A DNA stretch of 64,000 nt from Candidatus Babeliales bacterium (GCA_963722075.1 CAVRJM010000001.1:544001-608000), one strand, 5' to 3'. Numbered from the stretch's first letter, positions 1 through 10,617 are shown. Notes: generated by a model from the sequence alone, not told the origin. Numbers and translations are program-made.

Positions 1-1
1 T

Positions 2-2062
2 GAACAATTAAAAATAACCCTCAAAGAAGCAATTGATCAAGAACCTAAGTTAAAAGAGCTCATTGATCATAATACGCACGTTGCAAAAGTATTTGATATT
101 GCTTTTAAATTAGAAGGCGTAACGCGTCATGCATCCAAACATGCCGCTGGCATTGTTATTTCGCCAGATCCCATTGATGAAGTACTTCCCATCTACGTGC
201 AACCAAAAACGAATGAAATAGTAACGCAATATGCAATGACAGAACTTGAAGCATTAGGGTTTTTAAAAATAGATTTATTAGGGCTTAAAAACTTAACGCT
301 CATTGAACGCGCTATTCAACTGATTAAAAAAAATAGAGCAATTGAGATTAATTTGGATACGTTACCCCTTGATGATTCCAAAACATTTTCTTTAGTTTGT
401 CAGGGCAAAACCTCCGGCGTATTCCAATTGGAATCCAGTGGCTTAAAAGAAGTATTGCAAAAACTACAACCAGAAAAATTTGAAGATATTATTGCCGTAA
501 ACGCATTATATCGACCAGGGCCATTAGGCTCAGGAATGGTTGATGATTTTATAGAACGAAAACATGGCCGACAAAAAATTAACTATTTATTTCCTGAACT
601 AAAACCAATCCTTGAAGAAACGTATGGTGTTATTGTATATCAGGAGCAAGTACTTAAAATTGCAGCTGCTATTGGCGGGTATACTCTAGGCGAAGCAGAT
701 ATTTTACGCAAAGCAATGGGAAAGAAGAAAGCAGATGTAATGGCAGAGCAGCGCGATCTGTTTTTAAAACGCGCCGTAGCTCAATCATTTGATGGAAAAA
801 AAGCAGGAGAACTCTTTGATCTAGTAACCTACTTTGCCGGGTATGGTTTTAATAAAGCCCATTCAGCGGCATACGCTTTAATTGCGTATCAAACTGCTTA
901 CTTAAAAGCGCACTTTCTTCCTGAATTCATGGCATGCCTTATTTCTCTTGAATCAAGTAATGCTGAAAATATGGTTTTTTATTTACAGGAAGCAAAAGAG
1001 CTCGGACTCACTATTTGCCCCCCTGATATAAATAGTTCTGAAATTGATTTCAGCATTGTTGATGGCGCCTTGCTATTTGGGCTACGTGGCATAAAAAATC
1101 TAGGCCTTGCTTCATTAGAAAACATATTACATGAGCGGCAAAAGGGCGCTTTTACCGATCTATTTGAATTTTGTAAACGAATTGATTTAAGAACGTCAAA
1201 TAAACGGGTTATTGAAAATCTTATTTGCGCCGGCGCCTTTGATTCACTACCTGGCACCCGTGCTCAAAAATATGAAGATCTTCCTAAGATAATGGAACAG
1301 GCAATTGTTCATAAAAAAAATGTAGAAACCGGTCAATTAGGCCTTTTTGATGCAAGTCGCAGCAATTCCATAACAAACGCAGATCAATTCCAATTTACCT
1401 CAGTAGTAGATTGGGATAATAAAACAAAATTAGAAAAAGAGGCAGAAGTAATAGGATTTTATTTAAGCGCTCATCCGATGGATATCTACAAAAAACAGAT
1501 ACAATGGTTCAACATACCTTCCTTTAACCAATTATTAAGTACCGAATTAAAAGATAACTCTGCCCAAGAGCCATCAGTGATAGCATGCGGCATAGTAAAA
1601 AGTAGTAAAGTAATTTTTACTAAAAAAGGTGAAAAAATGGCTTTTTTAACGGTTGAAGACCGTACTACCAGTGCTGAAGTAATATTATTCCCTAAATTAT
1701 ATAGCACCGCCGAACAATGGTTATCAACACACACTGTTTTTATCATATTAGGAACCCTTGATATCAGTTCAGCACAAAAATGTAAAATCAAAGCAAATCA
1801 ACTGATTCCTCTTGAGCTTATTTTTGATGAACACAAATACCTCCAAAAAACGGTGTTAGAATTACCGGTGGAATTTAATGAGTCTTTAATTCAACATATA
1901 GATCAAAAAATGAATAATGGGACTACTGCATTGCATCTTATATTTCAGGAGAATGGAAAGCGTCTCTATTTAAAAAGTTCAAAAAAGATAACCGTGGATC
2001 CCGCATTTCTTGCTGAACTTGAGAACAATAATATAAAGATAGCTCTTACGCTGGCCTTATAA
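2..2062 (+). CDS. dnaE: DNA polymerase III alpha subunit (5' part outside window)
   Basis: Frame open from window start; motifs RHASKHAAGIVI, GFLKIDLLGL, GVFQLES, ALYRPGP, YQEQV, YGFNKAHSAAY; C-terminal OB fold. Confidence 0.98.
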   Translation, partial: EQLKITLKEAIDQEPKLKELIDHNTHVAKVFDIAFKLEGVTRHASKHAAGIVISPDPIDEVLPIYVQPKTNEIVTQYAMTELEALGFLKIDLLGLKNLTLIERAIQLIKKNRAIEINLDTLPLDDSKTFSLVCQGKTSGVFQLESSGLKEVLQKLQPEKFEDIIAVNALYRPGPLGSGMVDDFIERKHGRQKINYLFPELKPILEETYGVIVYQEQVLKIAAAIGGYTLGEADILRKAMGKKKADVMAEQRDLFLKRAVAQSFDGKKAGELFDLVTYFAGYGFNKAHSAAYALIAYQTAYLKAHFLPEFMACLISLESSNAENMVFYLQEAKELGLTICPPDINSSEIDFSIVDGALLFGLRGIKNLGLASLENILHERQKGAFTDLFEFCKRIDLRTSNKRVIENLICAGAFDSLPGTRAQKYEDLPKIMEQAIVHKKNVETGQLGLFDASRSNSITNADQFQFTSVVDWDNKTKLEKEAEVIGFYLSAHPMDIYKKQIQWFNIPSFNQLLSTELKDNSAQEPSVIACGIVKSSKVIFTKKGEKMAFLTVEDRTTSAEVILFPKLYSTAEQWLSTHTVFIILGTLDISSAQKCKIKANQLIPLELIFDEHKYLQKTVLELPVEFNESLIQHIDQKMNNGTTALHLIFQENGKRLYLKSSKKITVDPAFLAELENNNIKIALTLAL

Positions 2063-2710
2063 TTCTTGTAATTGAAGTGTTGCTTCATGGTAATAACCAT
2101 AATGAAGTGTTTCAATAGTTGATAAAAACGTTTGTAATACCGTCGAATTGTTGTTAATGATTAAACATTCCATTGTCTTTTTAAGATATTCCTTAACATG
2201 CGATGCAAGAGCTTTTTTCTTTATTAATAATACGGTAATTGTTTTGTATAACTCACCATTACAATGATAAATTTTTTGTTCCCATTGATTAACATAAAAA
2301 TTGAGCTGTTCATATGCTTCTTGTTCAATAAGATGACGACATAGTTGTTCAAGATGTACCATTAACCGAGTATCTTGCTCTAGTTGATCATATAAATAAA
2401 TAATTTGAATAATATGATCTATGTGCTGTGGTTCCAATATAATTAAATGTTCATATAATGCAGCTGCTTCAATTATTTTATTATGGGCTTTATATGCTTC
2501 TATTGCTTGCTCATATTTTTGACATGCTTGTTTAGTATCATTAAATGAAAGTAATAAATCCCCCTCTAATTGATGGGCAAGCGCAAGATTATCAAAGGAA
2601 TGAATGAGTAATTTATAAAGACCTAATGCTCGTTCGCGTTCACCACGTGCTACAAATTCTGCAAGCTTAAACCATGCTACATTGTATTTATCTGATGGAA
2701 GCTGCCTCAT
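2057..2710 (-). CDS. Hypothetical all-helical/TPR-like protein
   Basis: 217-aa ORF from the ATG behind a GAGGGG RBS; TPR-like helical pattern (A..LY..L, A...YEQA). Confidence 0.7.
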   Translation of the reverse strand: MRQLPSDKYNVAWFKLAEFVARGERERALGLYKLLIHSFDNLALAHQLEGDLLLSFNDTKQACQKYEQAIEAYKAHNKIIEAAALYEHLIILEPQHIDHIIQIIYLYDQLEQDTRLMVHLEQLCRHLIEQEAYEQLNFYVNQWEQKIYHCNGELYKTITVLLIKKKALASHVKEYLKKTMECLIINNNSTVLQTFLSTIETLHYGYYHEATLQLQEL

Positions 2711-2856
2711 ATCAATTACCCCTCTTAATTTTATAATCAATTTTATTATACCCTAACATGTGAAGGATTGATCTACAAGTTTTTTGGTATAAAAGTTGAT
2801 TTCTCCTTACCAAGACACTATTTTTAATCAATTAATTTGCCTCATCTAATATTTCG

Positions 2857-2940
2857 CTGGATCCTTACGTCACTTCGTTCCTCAGGATGACAATTCTACT
2901 TTCAATGTCATTCTGAGGCCATTCGGCCGTAAGAATCCAG
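2857..2940. repeat. RPE/REP-like palindromic repeat doublet
   Basis: CTGGATCCTTACG..CCTCAGGATGACA followed by inverted TGTCATTCTGAGG..CGTAAGAATCCAG; related copies elsewhere in window. Confidence 0.85.
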
Positions 2941-3013
2941 TAATAAATAAGTATGCCGTTTTTTTACTGATTATTATTGACAAAAAATAGTATATCTGTA
3001 CCATACATTCTAT

Positions 3014-3088
3014 GCCGAGGTAGCTCAGTGGTAGAGCATGTGCCTGAAGAGCACAGTGTCGGTGGTTCGATTCCACTCCTCGGCACCA
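3014..3088 (+). tRNA. tRNA-Phe(GAA)
   Basis: Acceptor GCCGAGG/CCTCGGC, anticodon arm TGTGC-CTGAAGA-GCACA, GGTTCGATTCC, encoded CCA. Confidence 0.97.
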
Positions 3089-3178
3089 GTAATTTCCCTT
3101 TGGAAATGCCTGGCAGGCAGTCTTTTTAAATGAAGTTAACATTATTAGTACGGTGAAAAGCACAAGATTGTCCAAAGA

Positions 3179-3278
3179 CCTGTCCGAAGCTTGCCAAGCC
3201 GGAAGGCGTGGATAAGCGTAGGCGGAAGCTCAGCTATACTTCAACGACATTCCATCGCAAGCGAAGACTGGGCAGCCT
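3179..3278. repeat. GC-rich repeat related (inverted) to the element after tRNA-Val
   Basis: CGAAGCTTGCCAAGCCGGAAGGCGTGGATAAGCG..GCGAAGACTGG resembles the reverse complement of 43162-43203. Confidence 0.7.
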
Positions 3279-3365
3279 TAGAGAACTTTTTACCTTCTTT
3301 CAACTTGCCATCCTCTATTTCCTTTGTTACAGTGGTAGGATTAGAATCCCATAAAGTTGATTAAA

Positions 3366-4403
3366 ATGAGTATCAATCAAAACCGTATCGATCTCCTACA
3401 AAAGGAATTTTCTGAAAAATTAGCCCGAGTTACCACACTAGAGGAACTTGAGCAGATTCGTTTGGAATTTTTATCACGTAACGGTCTTATAGCTCAAGCA
3501 ATGCATGATCTAAAGGCTCTCTCCTTAGAAGAAAAAAAAACAATCGGTCCTCTTTTAAATAATATAAAAAAATTTGCACAAGAATCATTTGATGCTAAAA
3601 AAAGCTCTATTGAACAAGAACTTTTACAAATACTGCTTGGAAAAGACCGCAACTTTGATGTTACCGCCTATGTTCCTAAGACCCTGCATGGTAGTTTACA
3701 CCCAATTACCGTTATTTATAAAAAAATAGAGGATATTTTTATTAGTATGGGATACGGTATCATAGAGGGACCAGAGGTAGAAACTGAATATTATAATTTT
3801 GAGGCACTCAACATCCCAAAAGATCACCCGGCACGCGATTTTTTTGATACGTTTTGGCTTACTATTCCTGGATTATTATTACGCACGCATACCTCGTCCG
3901 TTCAAATTCATGGTATGGAAAAAAATGAACCGCCATTCGCATTCATAGCACCAGGAAGAGTGTACCGCCATGAAGCAACTGATGCTACTCATGATTTTCT
4001 TTTTAATCAAATAGAAGGGTTAGTAATCGGTACCGACATTTCTTTAGCGCATTTACTGGCAACCTTAAAAACTTTTTTTCAGACATTATTTAATAGAAAA
4101 GATCTTGATTTAAAAGTACGCCCTAGTTACTTCCCTTTTGTTGAACCGGGAATTGAAATAGACATCACCTGTCCTTTTTGTTCAACCGGATGCTCCATAT
4201 GCAAAAAAACCAAACTTATTGAAATGGGTGGCGCTGGACTTGTACATCCAAATGTTTTAAAATTCTGTAAGCTCGACCCACATAAATATTCTGGGTTTGC
4301 GTTTGGGCTCGGCGTAGATCGTATAGCAATGTTATTATATAATATACAAGACATACGGCTATTTTCCAGCGGAAAAATCGATTTTTTAAAGCAATTTGAA
4401 TAA
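3366..4403 (+). CDS. pheS: Phenylalanyl-tRNA synthetase alpha subunit
   Basis: GSLHP, NFEALNIPKDHPAR, LLRTHTS, PGRVYR, YFPFVEP, GFAFGLGVDR. Confidence 0.98.
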   Translation: MSINQNRIDLLQKEFSEKLARVTTLEELEQIRLEFLSRNGLIAQAMHDLKALSLEEKKTIGPLLNNIKKFAQESFDAKKSSIEQELLQILLGKDRNFDVTAYVPKTLHGSLHPITVIYKKIEDIFISMGYGIIEGPEVETEYYNFEALNIPKDHPARDFFDTFWLTIPGLLLRTHTSSVQIHGMEKNEPPFAFIAPGRVYRHEATDATHDFLFNQIEGLVIGTDISLAHLLATLKTFFQTLFNRKDLDLKVRPSYFPFVEPGIEIDITCPFCSTGCSICKKTKLIEMGGAGLVHPNVLKFCKLDPHKYSGFAFGLGVDRIAMLLYNIQDIRLFSSGKIDFLKQFE

Positions 4404-4437
4404 AATATGGTAATTTGCAATACATAAAAGGAGTATT

Positions 4438-5355
4438 ATGGATATTTTGAAAACGGTGATACCAGCAGCAGGATTGGGAACTCGCTTTCTTCCTTTCACT
4501 AAAGCAGTGCCAAAGGAGATGCTACCGGTTCTTAATAAACCTGCCATACAGTACGCCGTTGAAGAATCAGTACATGCTGATATAAAAAATATACTCATGA
4601 TCATCAACAAAAATAAGCATGCTCTTGCAAACCATTTTGATTCAGATTTAGAGCTTGAACTAATCCTTAAAGAACGTGGTGAATTAGACCTATTATCAAG
4701 CCTTAAAAAAATTAATAAAGACACGTTTTTTTCCTATATTCGTCAGCCAGAGCCAATGGGACTCGGTCATGCAGTTTGGCTTGCACGACATAATATTGGT
4801 AAAGAATATTTTTGCGTACAACTTCCTGATGAGATTATAATCTCAAAAGTTTCTGCTCTTGCCCAGCTTATAAAAATTGCACGTCAAGAAAAAGCAACCA
4901 TCGTAGGCGTACAAGAAGTACCATCAGAATTAACCTCACAGTATGGTATTATTGCCGTAAAAAAACAAATTACGCCAAATTTATTCCAAGTTTCACATGT
5001 TGTTGAAAAGCCTGATCAAAAAGAAGCACCTTCAAATTTAGCAATTATCGGTCGTTACGTATTATCACATAAAATTTTTGCAGCGCTGGAAAGCATTGAA
5101 ACTGATCATAAAGGTGAATTACAGCTTACCGATGCCATTACACAAATGATGTTTAATAACGAAAAGGTCTTTGCTTATAAAGTACAAGGCATACGTTATG
5201 ATATTGGTAATCCTATTGGTTGGCTTAAAGCTCTTATTGGGTGTGCGTTACAAGATCCTCAGTATCAACCACACATTAGAAAATTCTTAGAAGATAAAGA
5301 GTTAATGGATTCCTTTATGTATCAGCCAGTTAATATTGTTGAAAATATCTTTTAA
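4438..5355 (+). CDS. galU: UTP-glucose-1-phosphate uridylyltransferase
   Basis: IPAAGLGTRFLPFTKAVPKEMLP, GLGHAV, VEKP, GELQLTDAI. Confidence 0.95.
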   Translation: MDILKTVIPAAGLGTRFLPFTKAVPKEMLPVLNKPAIQYAVEESVHADIKNILMIINKNKHALANHFDSDLELELILKERGELDLLSSLKKINKDTFFSYIRQPEPMGLGHAVWLARHNIGKEYFCVQLPDEIIISKVSALAQLIKIARQEKATIVGVQEVPSELTSQYGIIAVKKQITPNLFQVSHVVEKPDQKEAPSNLAIIGRYVLSHKIFAALESIETDHKGELQLTDAITQMMFNNEKVFAYKVQGIRYDIGNPIGWLKALIGCALQDPQYQPHIRKFLEDKELMDSFMYQPVNIVENIF

Positions 5356-5823
5356 TACTACTGGCTTATATACTTTATATATAAGCCATCCCCCTATTAA
5401 TCCCCCCATACAAATACCGGCGCTAGAAAGAAGTTTTACTGCAAAAGAATATTGCTTTTTTGGTTTTGATAAAATGGGTCCGTAAAGAACAGGCATTTTC
5501 TCAGTAAAAAGCTCTGTCTCTTCAGCTACTCCTTTTTCTTGAGCATTTAACAGAATATTAATTGCATTGCTTATTTTATTATGAAGCTCATCTGCTGGCG
5601 TAATCCGATCAGCAACTGCAAGCAAAACTTCTATATTATTATTTCTTACTAATATATCAATCGTTGAATAATCTGATTTATCATGCTCACCTTTTATCGA
5701 TTCCATATAAGAATTAATAACGCCAACATTTTCACATTTAGGGTATAACTTTTTCTCCATTGAATAGTTAGATCCACTTATTAAAAATAAAATCGTTAAT
5801 AATAGTAAGATTCTTTGTTTCAT
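5302..5823 (-). CDS. Exported hypothetical protein with C-terminal membrane anchor
   Basis: Signal peptide MKQRILLLLTILFLISGSNYS then Met; hydrophobic segment AGICMGGLIGGWLIY followed by lysines; overlaps galU 3' end convergently. Confidence 0.75.
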   Translation of the reverse strand: MKQRILLLLTILFLISGSNYSMEKKLYPKCENVGVINSYMESIKGEHDKSDYSTIDILVRNNNIEVLLAVADRITPADELHNKISNAINILLNAQEKGVAEETELFTEKMPVLYGPILSKPKKQYSFAVKLLSSAGICMGGLIGGWLIYKVYKPVVLKDIFNNINWLIHKGIH

Positions 5824-5975
5824 AAGTATATTCCTTTTGTACATATCCATATTGCTTATGAATTACCATATAATGCAAAAAAAGTAAAAAATTAAATCTT
5901 GTTTTTATTGCAATCTGAAAAATTAAAAACGTATACTAATACATGAGCAAACTTCTAAAAATTAGGATAATTTCT

Positions 5976-6149
5976 ATGAAGTATTTAATTTGTGTCATTA
6001 TAGTATTATATAGTTTTTCAATACAAGGCTGCCCTGCATGTGTTGCGCGGGTTCAAAAAAATTCGCCGCCATTCTTTTCACCAGAATTTTATGAATTTCC
6101 TGAATTTGATAATGAATTAGATATGATCATTACTGGAAGCGGCCGCTAA
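5976..6149 (+). CDS. Small exported protein with CxxC (GCPAC)
   Basis: AGGA RBS, signal-like MKYLICVIIVLYSFSIQG, CPAC motif. Confidence 0.55.
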   Translation: MKYLICVIIVLYSFSIQGCPACVARVQKNSPPFFSPEFYEFPEFDNELDMIITGSGR

Positions 6150-8091
6150 GATATGAAAATAGCTTTAATCCAGCTAAACCGCCTATAAGCGTTGAAACAG
6201 TTACTCCAAACGGATAATCTTCTAACGCTTGCGCGGTATATTTTAATCCCAGGTAACCTAAACTCCCCCCCAATAAAGCACCAAATCCAAAACTACCAAG
6301 TTTGGCTAAGAATAATAATTTGCCGTGTCGATTACATGAATCATTACAAGATTTAATTTCTACAATTTTTCCGAGCTCATTGTATAAAGGAATAAGATCA
6401 TCAATTTCTTTTAATGATTTAAAATCACGCGAAATAATATCATCTTTATGATACGGACAGGAATTATTGTCCACATAAATAGTAGCTTTCTTTTTGACTA
6501 TTTCATTAATCAATAACATCTGTTTTATGGTCAATTTATTTAAACAATTTATTTCTAGCTGTTTAAATACACATAATTGATCATATCCTTTCTGTAACAT
6601 TCCCGGTTTTTGGTGATTTGTAAAGACAAAATAAGGATCATTAAATCTTTGAAATTGAATATTTTTAAATTCTGAATAATGAGAATAACTCCCATACCAC
6701 CACCATATAGAAGAGTTAGAATCTCCCCTTAAACAGCATTTATTAGTTTCTAAATTAATGAAACCCCAATAAATAGGAGTTGCTATTGCACAACTGTTAT
6801 TATTGAAAATAATATCGATAAATTTGCCATAAGCAGTATTTATAGAATTACCTAAAAAGATCGCCGATGATTCATCATTTTCAGAATCGGCTTCTTTTAA
6901 AAAGTCCCTTACTTCTACCGCGTTTTCAATAATTGAGTATGCTACGATATAACGTGCATTGGGAGAAATTGCTATCCGAGTAAGATCAGATAAATTAAGA
7001 TGATACTCTTTTTTTGGTGCCTTTTCATCTTCTAAAGTAATAAGCTTTAGTGTTACTTTTCTGGAACGATCCTTATATCCATACGCCACATACGAACCAT
7101 CAGGAGCAAATGTTATTTTTGGTAAAACAGTTACCCCATACATATGCTGTTCTTTAACGATTGGTTCAGCATTATTTTTAGCGTATACATACAACCCTTT
7201 ATTAGTATAAAGAGCATAAAAATTAGTATCCGGTGAGACAATAATATTAATAATAATATCTGGACAATTAATATCGATCGTTTCTAATGTTTTTTTATTA
7301 ATAAGACTTTTTATTTTAAGCTGTTTTGTATCTTCATTGTATAATGCAATTCGATTATTATCGCAAAAAGAATAAAAGGTACTGCTACGCGAAAAAATAG
7401 GTCTAACTTGAATACCAGTAAGGTCATAAATAGTAAGCGGTTTCTCATTTTGTTTTGTAGTGATAGCCAGATACCCATTAGAAGCAATATTACAATCATC
7501 AATAGAATCAATTAATTGCGTATGTACTAAAAAAGGCTTTTTCAACTTTTCTTTTAACTGTAGAATTTTCTCTATTTTAATCGCAATTTTAATACTCATA
7601 TCGTCAGATAATTCAGCACCATTTTTTTTTGAAAAAGGATAATTCATTCCCGTTTTATTATATTTTTTAATACAAAAAAGAGCATAATAATCTGCCAATT
7701 GATCAAGAACTGGTTCTGCATCCAAATAATTTAATGCATTAAGAAGCATAATAATCTGCTCTTTATTAAAATTATCATGTATAAAACAAGGATCGATTAT
7801 TTTATTATTTTCAAAATAATGCGTTAGTAAATCATCTAAATCCGCAAGCAATTGTAAATTAAAAAACTCAGGTAGGTTTACAGAAACTTCCCCTCCTAAG
7901 GCATCATTAATATTAACAATGGTTTTACACAGCATCGCTTTTTCAGATGATAAATTATACTCTGTTTTATCACTGAGCTCTAACACTACCGCTTTTTCAC
8001 CATTTATATTCCTTATACCCTCCGGAAATTCCATGGGATGTACCTTCGATGTTAAAAGAAGAGAAAATAAGAAGATAAGTATTTTTTTCAT
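6130..8091 (-). CDS. Exported SKP1/BTB-like + WD40-like beta-propeller protein with C-terminal hydrophobic hairpin
   Basis: Signal peptide + Met; VLELSDKTEYNL..AMLCKTI..LLNALNYLDAEPVLD (SKP1-like); repeats VSPD, FAPDGSYVAYG, ISPNARYIVA; two Gly-rich TM segments at C-terminus. Confidence 0.75.
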   Translation of the reverse strand: MKKILIFLFSLLLTSKVHPMEFPEGIRNINGEKAVVLELSDKTEYNLSSEKAMLCKTIVNINDALGGEVSVNLPEFFNLQLLADLDDLLTHYFENNKIIDPCFIHDNFNKEQIIMLLNALNYLDAEPVLDQLADYYALFCIKKYNKTGMNYPFSKKNGAELSDDMSIKIAIKIEKILQLKEKLKKPFLVHTQLIDSIDDCNIASNGYLAITTKQNEKPLTIYDLTGIQVRPIFSRSSTFYSFCDNNRIALYNEDTKQLKIKSLINKKTLETIDINCPDIIINIIVSPDTNFYALYTNKGLYVYAKNNAEPIVKEQHMYGVTVLPKITFAPDGSYVAYGYKDRSRKVTLKLITLEDEKAPKKEYHLNLSDLTRIAISPNARYIVAYSIIENAVEVRDFLKEADSENDESSAIFLGNSINTAYGKFIDIIFNNNSCAIATPIYWGFINLETNKCCLRGDSNSSIWWWYGSYSHYSEFKNIQFQRFNDPYFVFTNHQKPGMLQKGYDQLCVFKQLEINCLNKLTIKQMLLINEIVKKKATIYVDNNSCPYHKDDIISRDFKSLKEIDDLIPLYNELGKIVEIKSCNDSCNRHGKLLFLAKLGSFGFGALLGGSLGYLGLKYTAQALEDYPFGVTVSTLIGGLAGLKLFSYLSGRFQ

Positions 8092-8235
8092 AACCTTTTA
8101 TTTCCATTTGAAATTATTTTATCAGATTTGAGCCGCAGCCCTTTATTACAGCATAACAGTAATTATAATTTTGTAAACTAATATACATTATTATAAAAAA
8201 TAGAGAATAGCTCAATGACAAATATGAAATAACCT

Positions 8236-10608
8236 TCACTCAGTCATTAAAAATGGGATTACTGAATCAGCATTTAAAGAAAGTGATGTAATCCCCTGAC
8301 TAATCAGAAATTGTGCAAATTCAGGATAATCGGATGGGGCCTGGCCACAGATACCGATAGGCTTTTCATGCCTAAGCGCCCCTTCTATCACCAATTTACA
8401 CATTTTCTTTACTGCTTTATCCCGCTCATCAAATAACGGCGCTAATAATGCCGAATCGCGATCCACTGCCAGTGTGGTTTGCGTTAAATCGTTTGATCCA
8501 ATAGAAAAGCCATCAAAAAGGGTGCAAAAATCATCGATTAACAATACATTTGAAGGTATTTCAACCATCATATAAATCTTTAATCCATTTTCTTTTTGAA
8601 CTAAGCCATTTTTCTTCATAATGGTTATAACCTGCCACGCTTCTTCCATCGTTCTGACAAAAGGAAGCATCAGAATGATATTAGTTAGCCCCATTTCATC
8701 ACGGGCTTTTTTCATTGCTGCACATTCAAGCGCAAATGCTGGCGCATAGAGCTCATTATAATAGCGCGAAGCACCGCGTAACCCCAGCATCGGGTTACTT
8801 TCAACTGGTTCAAAATAAGAGCCACCTAATAAATCGCGATATTCATTGGTCTTAAAATCTGAAAACCGCACAATTACTTCATGGGGATAAAAGGCTGCCG
8901 CTATTGAACCGATGCCTTGTGCTAAGGAGTTAACAAAAAAATCACGTGGATTATCATATGCTGCGGACAGCTCATTTATTTCCTGCTTAATATGAGCATC
9001 AGTTATCATTTCTGGTTGGGCAAATGCCATCGGATGCGCTTTAATCGTATGGGCAATAATAAATTCTATGCGTGCTAACCCTACTCCTGATATAAGCGGT
9101 AACTGACATACACTAAAGGCAGCTGCCGGGTCAGCAACATTTACCATAATAGCTACGGGCGGTTTATGAAGATTTTTGGTATCAACTTCCTGGACCGTAA
9201 AAGGAACCGCGCCTTCATATACGTATCCTTGCGCGCCTTGGCTGCAATCAATAGTAATAGCGCTCCCATCTTTTATTTTTTGCGTTGCATTAAATGCCCC
9301 AATAACTGCCGGAATACCCAGTTCACGGCTCACAATAGCCGCATGACACGTACGCCCTCCCGATTCAGTAATAATACCGCCAGCTTTTTGCATAAGCGGT
9401 ACCCAATCAGGATCGGTCATATAGGTAACTAAAATATCACCCTTATTAAATTGGCCAATATCTTTAGGATTTTTAATAATACGTGCAACACCAGAAACAA
9501 TTTTAGAACCAATACTTTGCCCTTCTAACAGTATTTTTTTATCCGTTTCTTTGAGCATATATTGTTTTAAAAACCCACGTTGTTTTTTTATTGAATGAAC
9601 CGTTTCAGGACGAGCTTGCACAATATACAAAAAGCCATCAATGCCATCCTTAGCCCATTCAACATCCATCGGAGTCCATTGACCATTAATAGTTGAATAA
9701 TAATCCTCAATAATCATGATATTATTAGATAATTCAAGTATTTCTTCATCTGATAAACAAAACTGATTTATTTTATCTTCAGGAACCGTTACCCATTCAA
9801 TTTTTTTTTCTGCACCATAGACCAACTTTTTTGTTTTATTGCCAAGCATTTTTTTTATAATAGGCTTATATCCTTTTTTGAGCGTCGTTTTAAAAACATG
9901 AAATTCATCAGGATTGATGGCTCCTTGTACCACCGCTTCACCTAATCCATAGGAGCCGTTGATCATAATAAGATCTTTAAAACCTGACTCAGTATCCAAT
10001 GAAAAGCCAACGCCTGCTGCTGCTAAATCTGAGCGCACCATTTTTTGTACTGCAATAGAAAGCGCCACTTTAAAATGATCAAATCCTTTGGTTGTGCGAT
10101 AAATGATAGCACGATCGGTAAATAGTGATGCAAAACATTTTTTGCACGCCTCTAATAATTCTTTAGTGCCTTGAATATGCAAAAAACTTTCTTGTTGTCC
10201 TGCAAATGAAGCCCCCGGCAGATCTTCAGCAGTCGCTGATGAGCGTACTGCTACATCCACGTTATTTTGCTTGTAATGCAGTGAAAGTTGGTTATATGCT
10301 GCAATAATTTCTTCTGCTAATTCATTGGGCATACTACCGGTAGTAAACAAACGCCGGAGCTGTAATCCGGCGTTTTTAAGTTGTTGAAAATCAGTAATAT
10401 CAACGGCATTTAAAATAGTTTTTATGTGATCATGAAGTTTATTAAATTCAATATAACGCCAATACGCAGCAGATGTGATAGCAAAACCAAAAGGAATTTT
10501 GATACGATCACTTAATTGCGTCGTCATTTGCCCTAATGATGCTGTTTTACCGCCAACCAATGCCGTGTCATTTATGCGTATTTCATCGAACCATTTAATA
10601 AATTTCAT
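8236..10608 (-). CDS. ppsA: Phosphoenolpyruvate synthase (pyruvate,water dikinase)
   Basis: VGGK, VAVRSSATAEDLPGASFAGQQES, QARPETV, GGRTCHAAIVSRELG, FSIGSNDLTQ, GICGQAPSD. Confidence 0.97.
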   Translation of the reverse strand: MKFIKWFDEIRINDTALVGGKTASLGQMTTQLSDRIKIPFGFAITSAAYWRYIEFNKLHDHIKTILNAVDITDFQQLKNAGLQLRRLFTTGSMPNELAEEIIAAYNQLSLHYKQNNVDVAVRSSATAEDLPGASFAGQQESFLHIQGTKELLEACKKCFASLFTDRAIIYRTTKGFDHFKVALSIAVQKMVRSDLAAAGVGFSLDTESGFKDLIMINGSYGLGEAVVQGAINPDEFHVFKTTLKKGYKPIIKKMLGNKTKKLVYGAEKKIEWVTVPEDKINQFCLSDEEILELSNNIMIIEDYYSTINGQWTPMDVEWAKDGIDGFLYIVQARPETVHSIKKQRGFLKQYMLKETDKKILLEGQSIGSKIVSGVARIIKNPKDIGQFNKGDILVTYMTDPDWVPLMQKAGGIITESGGRTCHAAIVSRELGIPAVIGAFNATQKIKDGSAITIDCSQGAQGYVYEGAVPFTVQEVDTKNLHKPPVAIMVNVADPAAAFSVCQLPLISGVGLARIEFIIAHTIKAHPMAFAQPEMITDAHIKQEINELSAAYDNPRDFFVNSLAQGIGSIAAAFYPHEVIVRFSDFKTNEYRDLLGGSYFEPVESNPMLGLRGASRYYNELYAPAFALECAAMKKARDEMGLTNIILMLPFVRTMEEAWQVITIMKKNGLVQKENGLKIYMMVEIPSNVLLIDDFCTLFDGFSIGSNDLTQTTLAVDRDSALLAPLFDERDKAVKKMCKLVIEGALRHEKPIGICGQAPSDYPEFAQFLISQGITSLSLNADSVIPFLMTE

Positions 10609-10617
10609 CGAAGTCTA

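Noticed and set aside
2882..3175. ORFs overlapping tRNAs (also 42986-43225 and 43419-43604)
   Set aside because: Shadow translations of tRNA genes and repeats
3089..3365. T-box or pheM-type attenuator before pheS
   Set aside because: No T-box consensus or Phe-rich leader; the GC-rich part is explained by the repeat family
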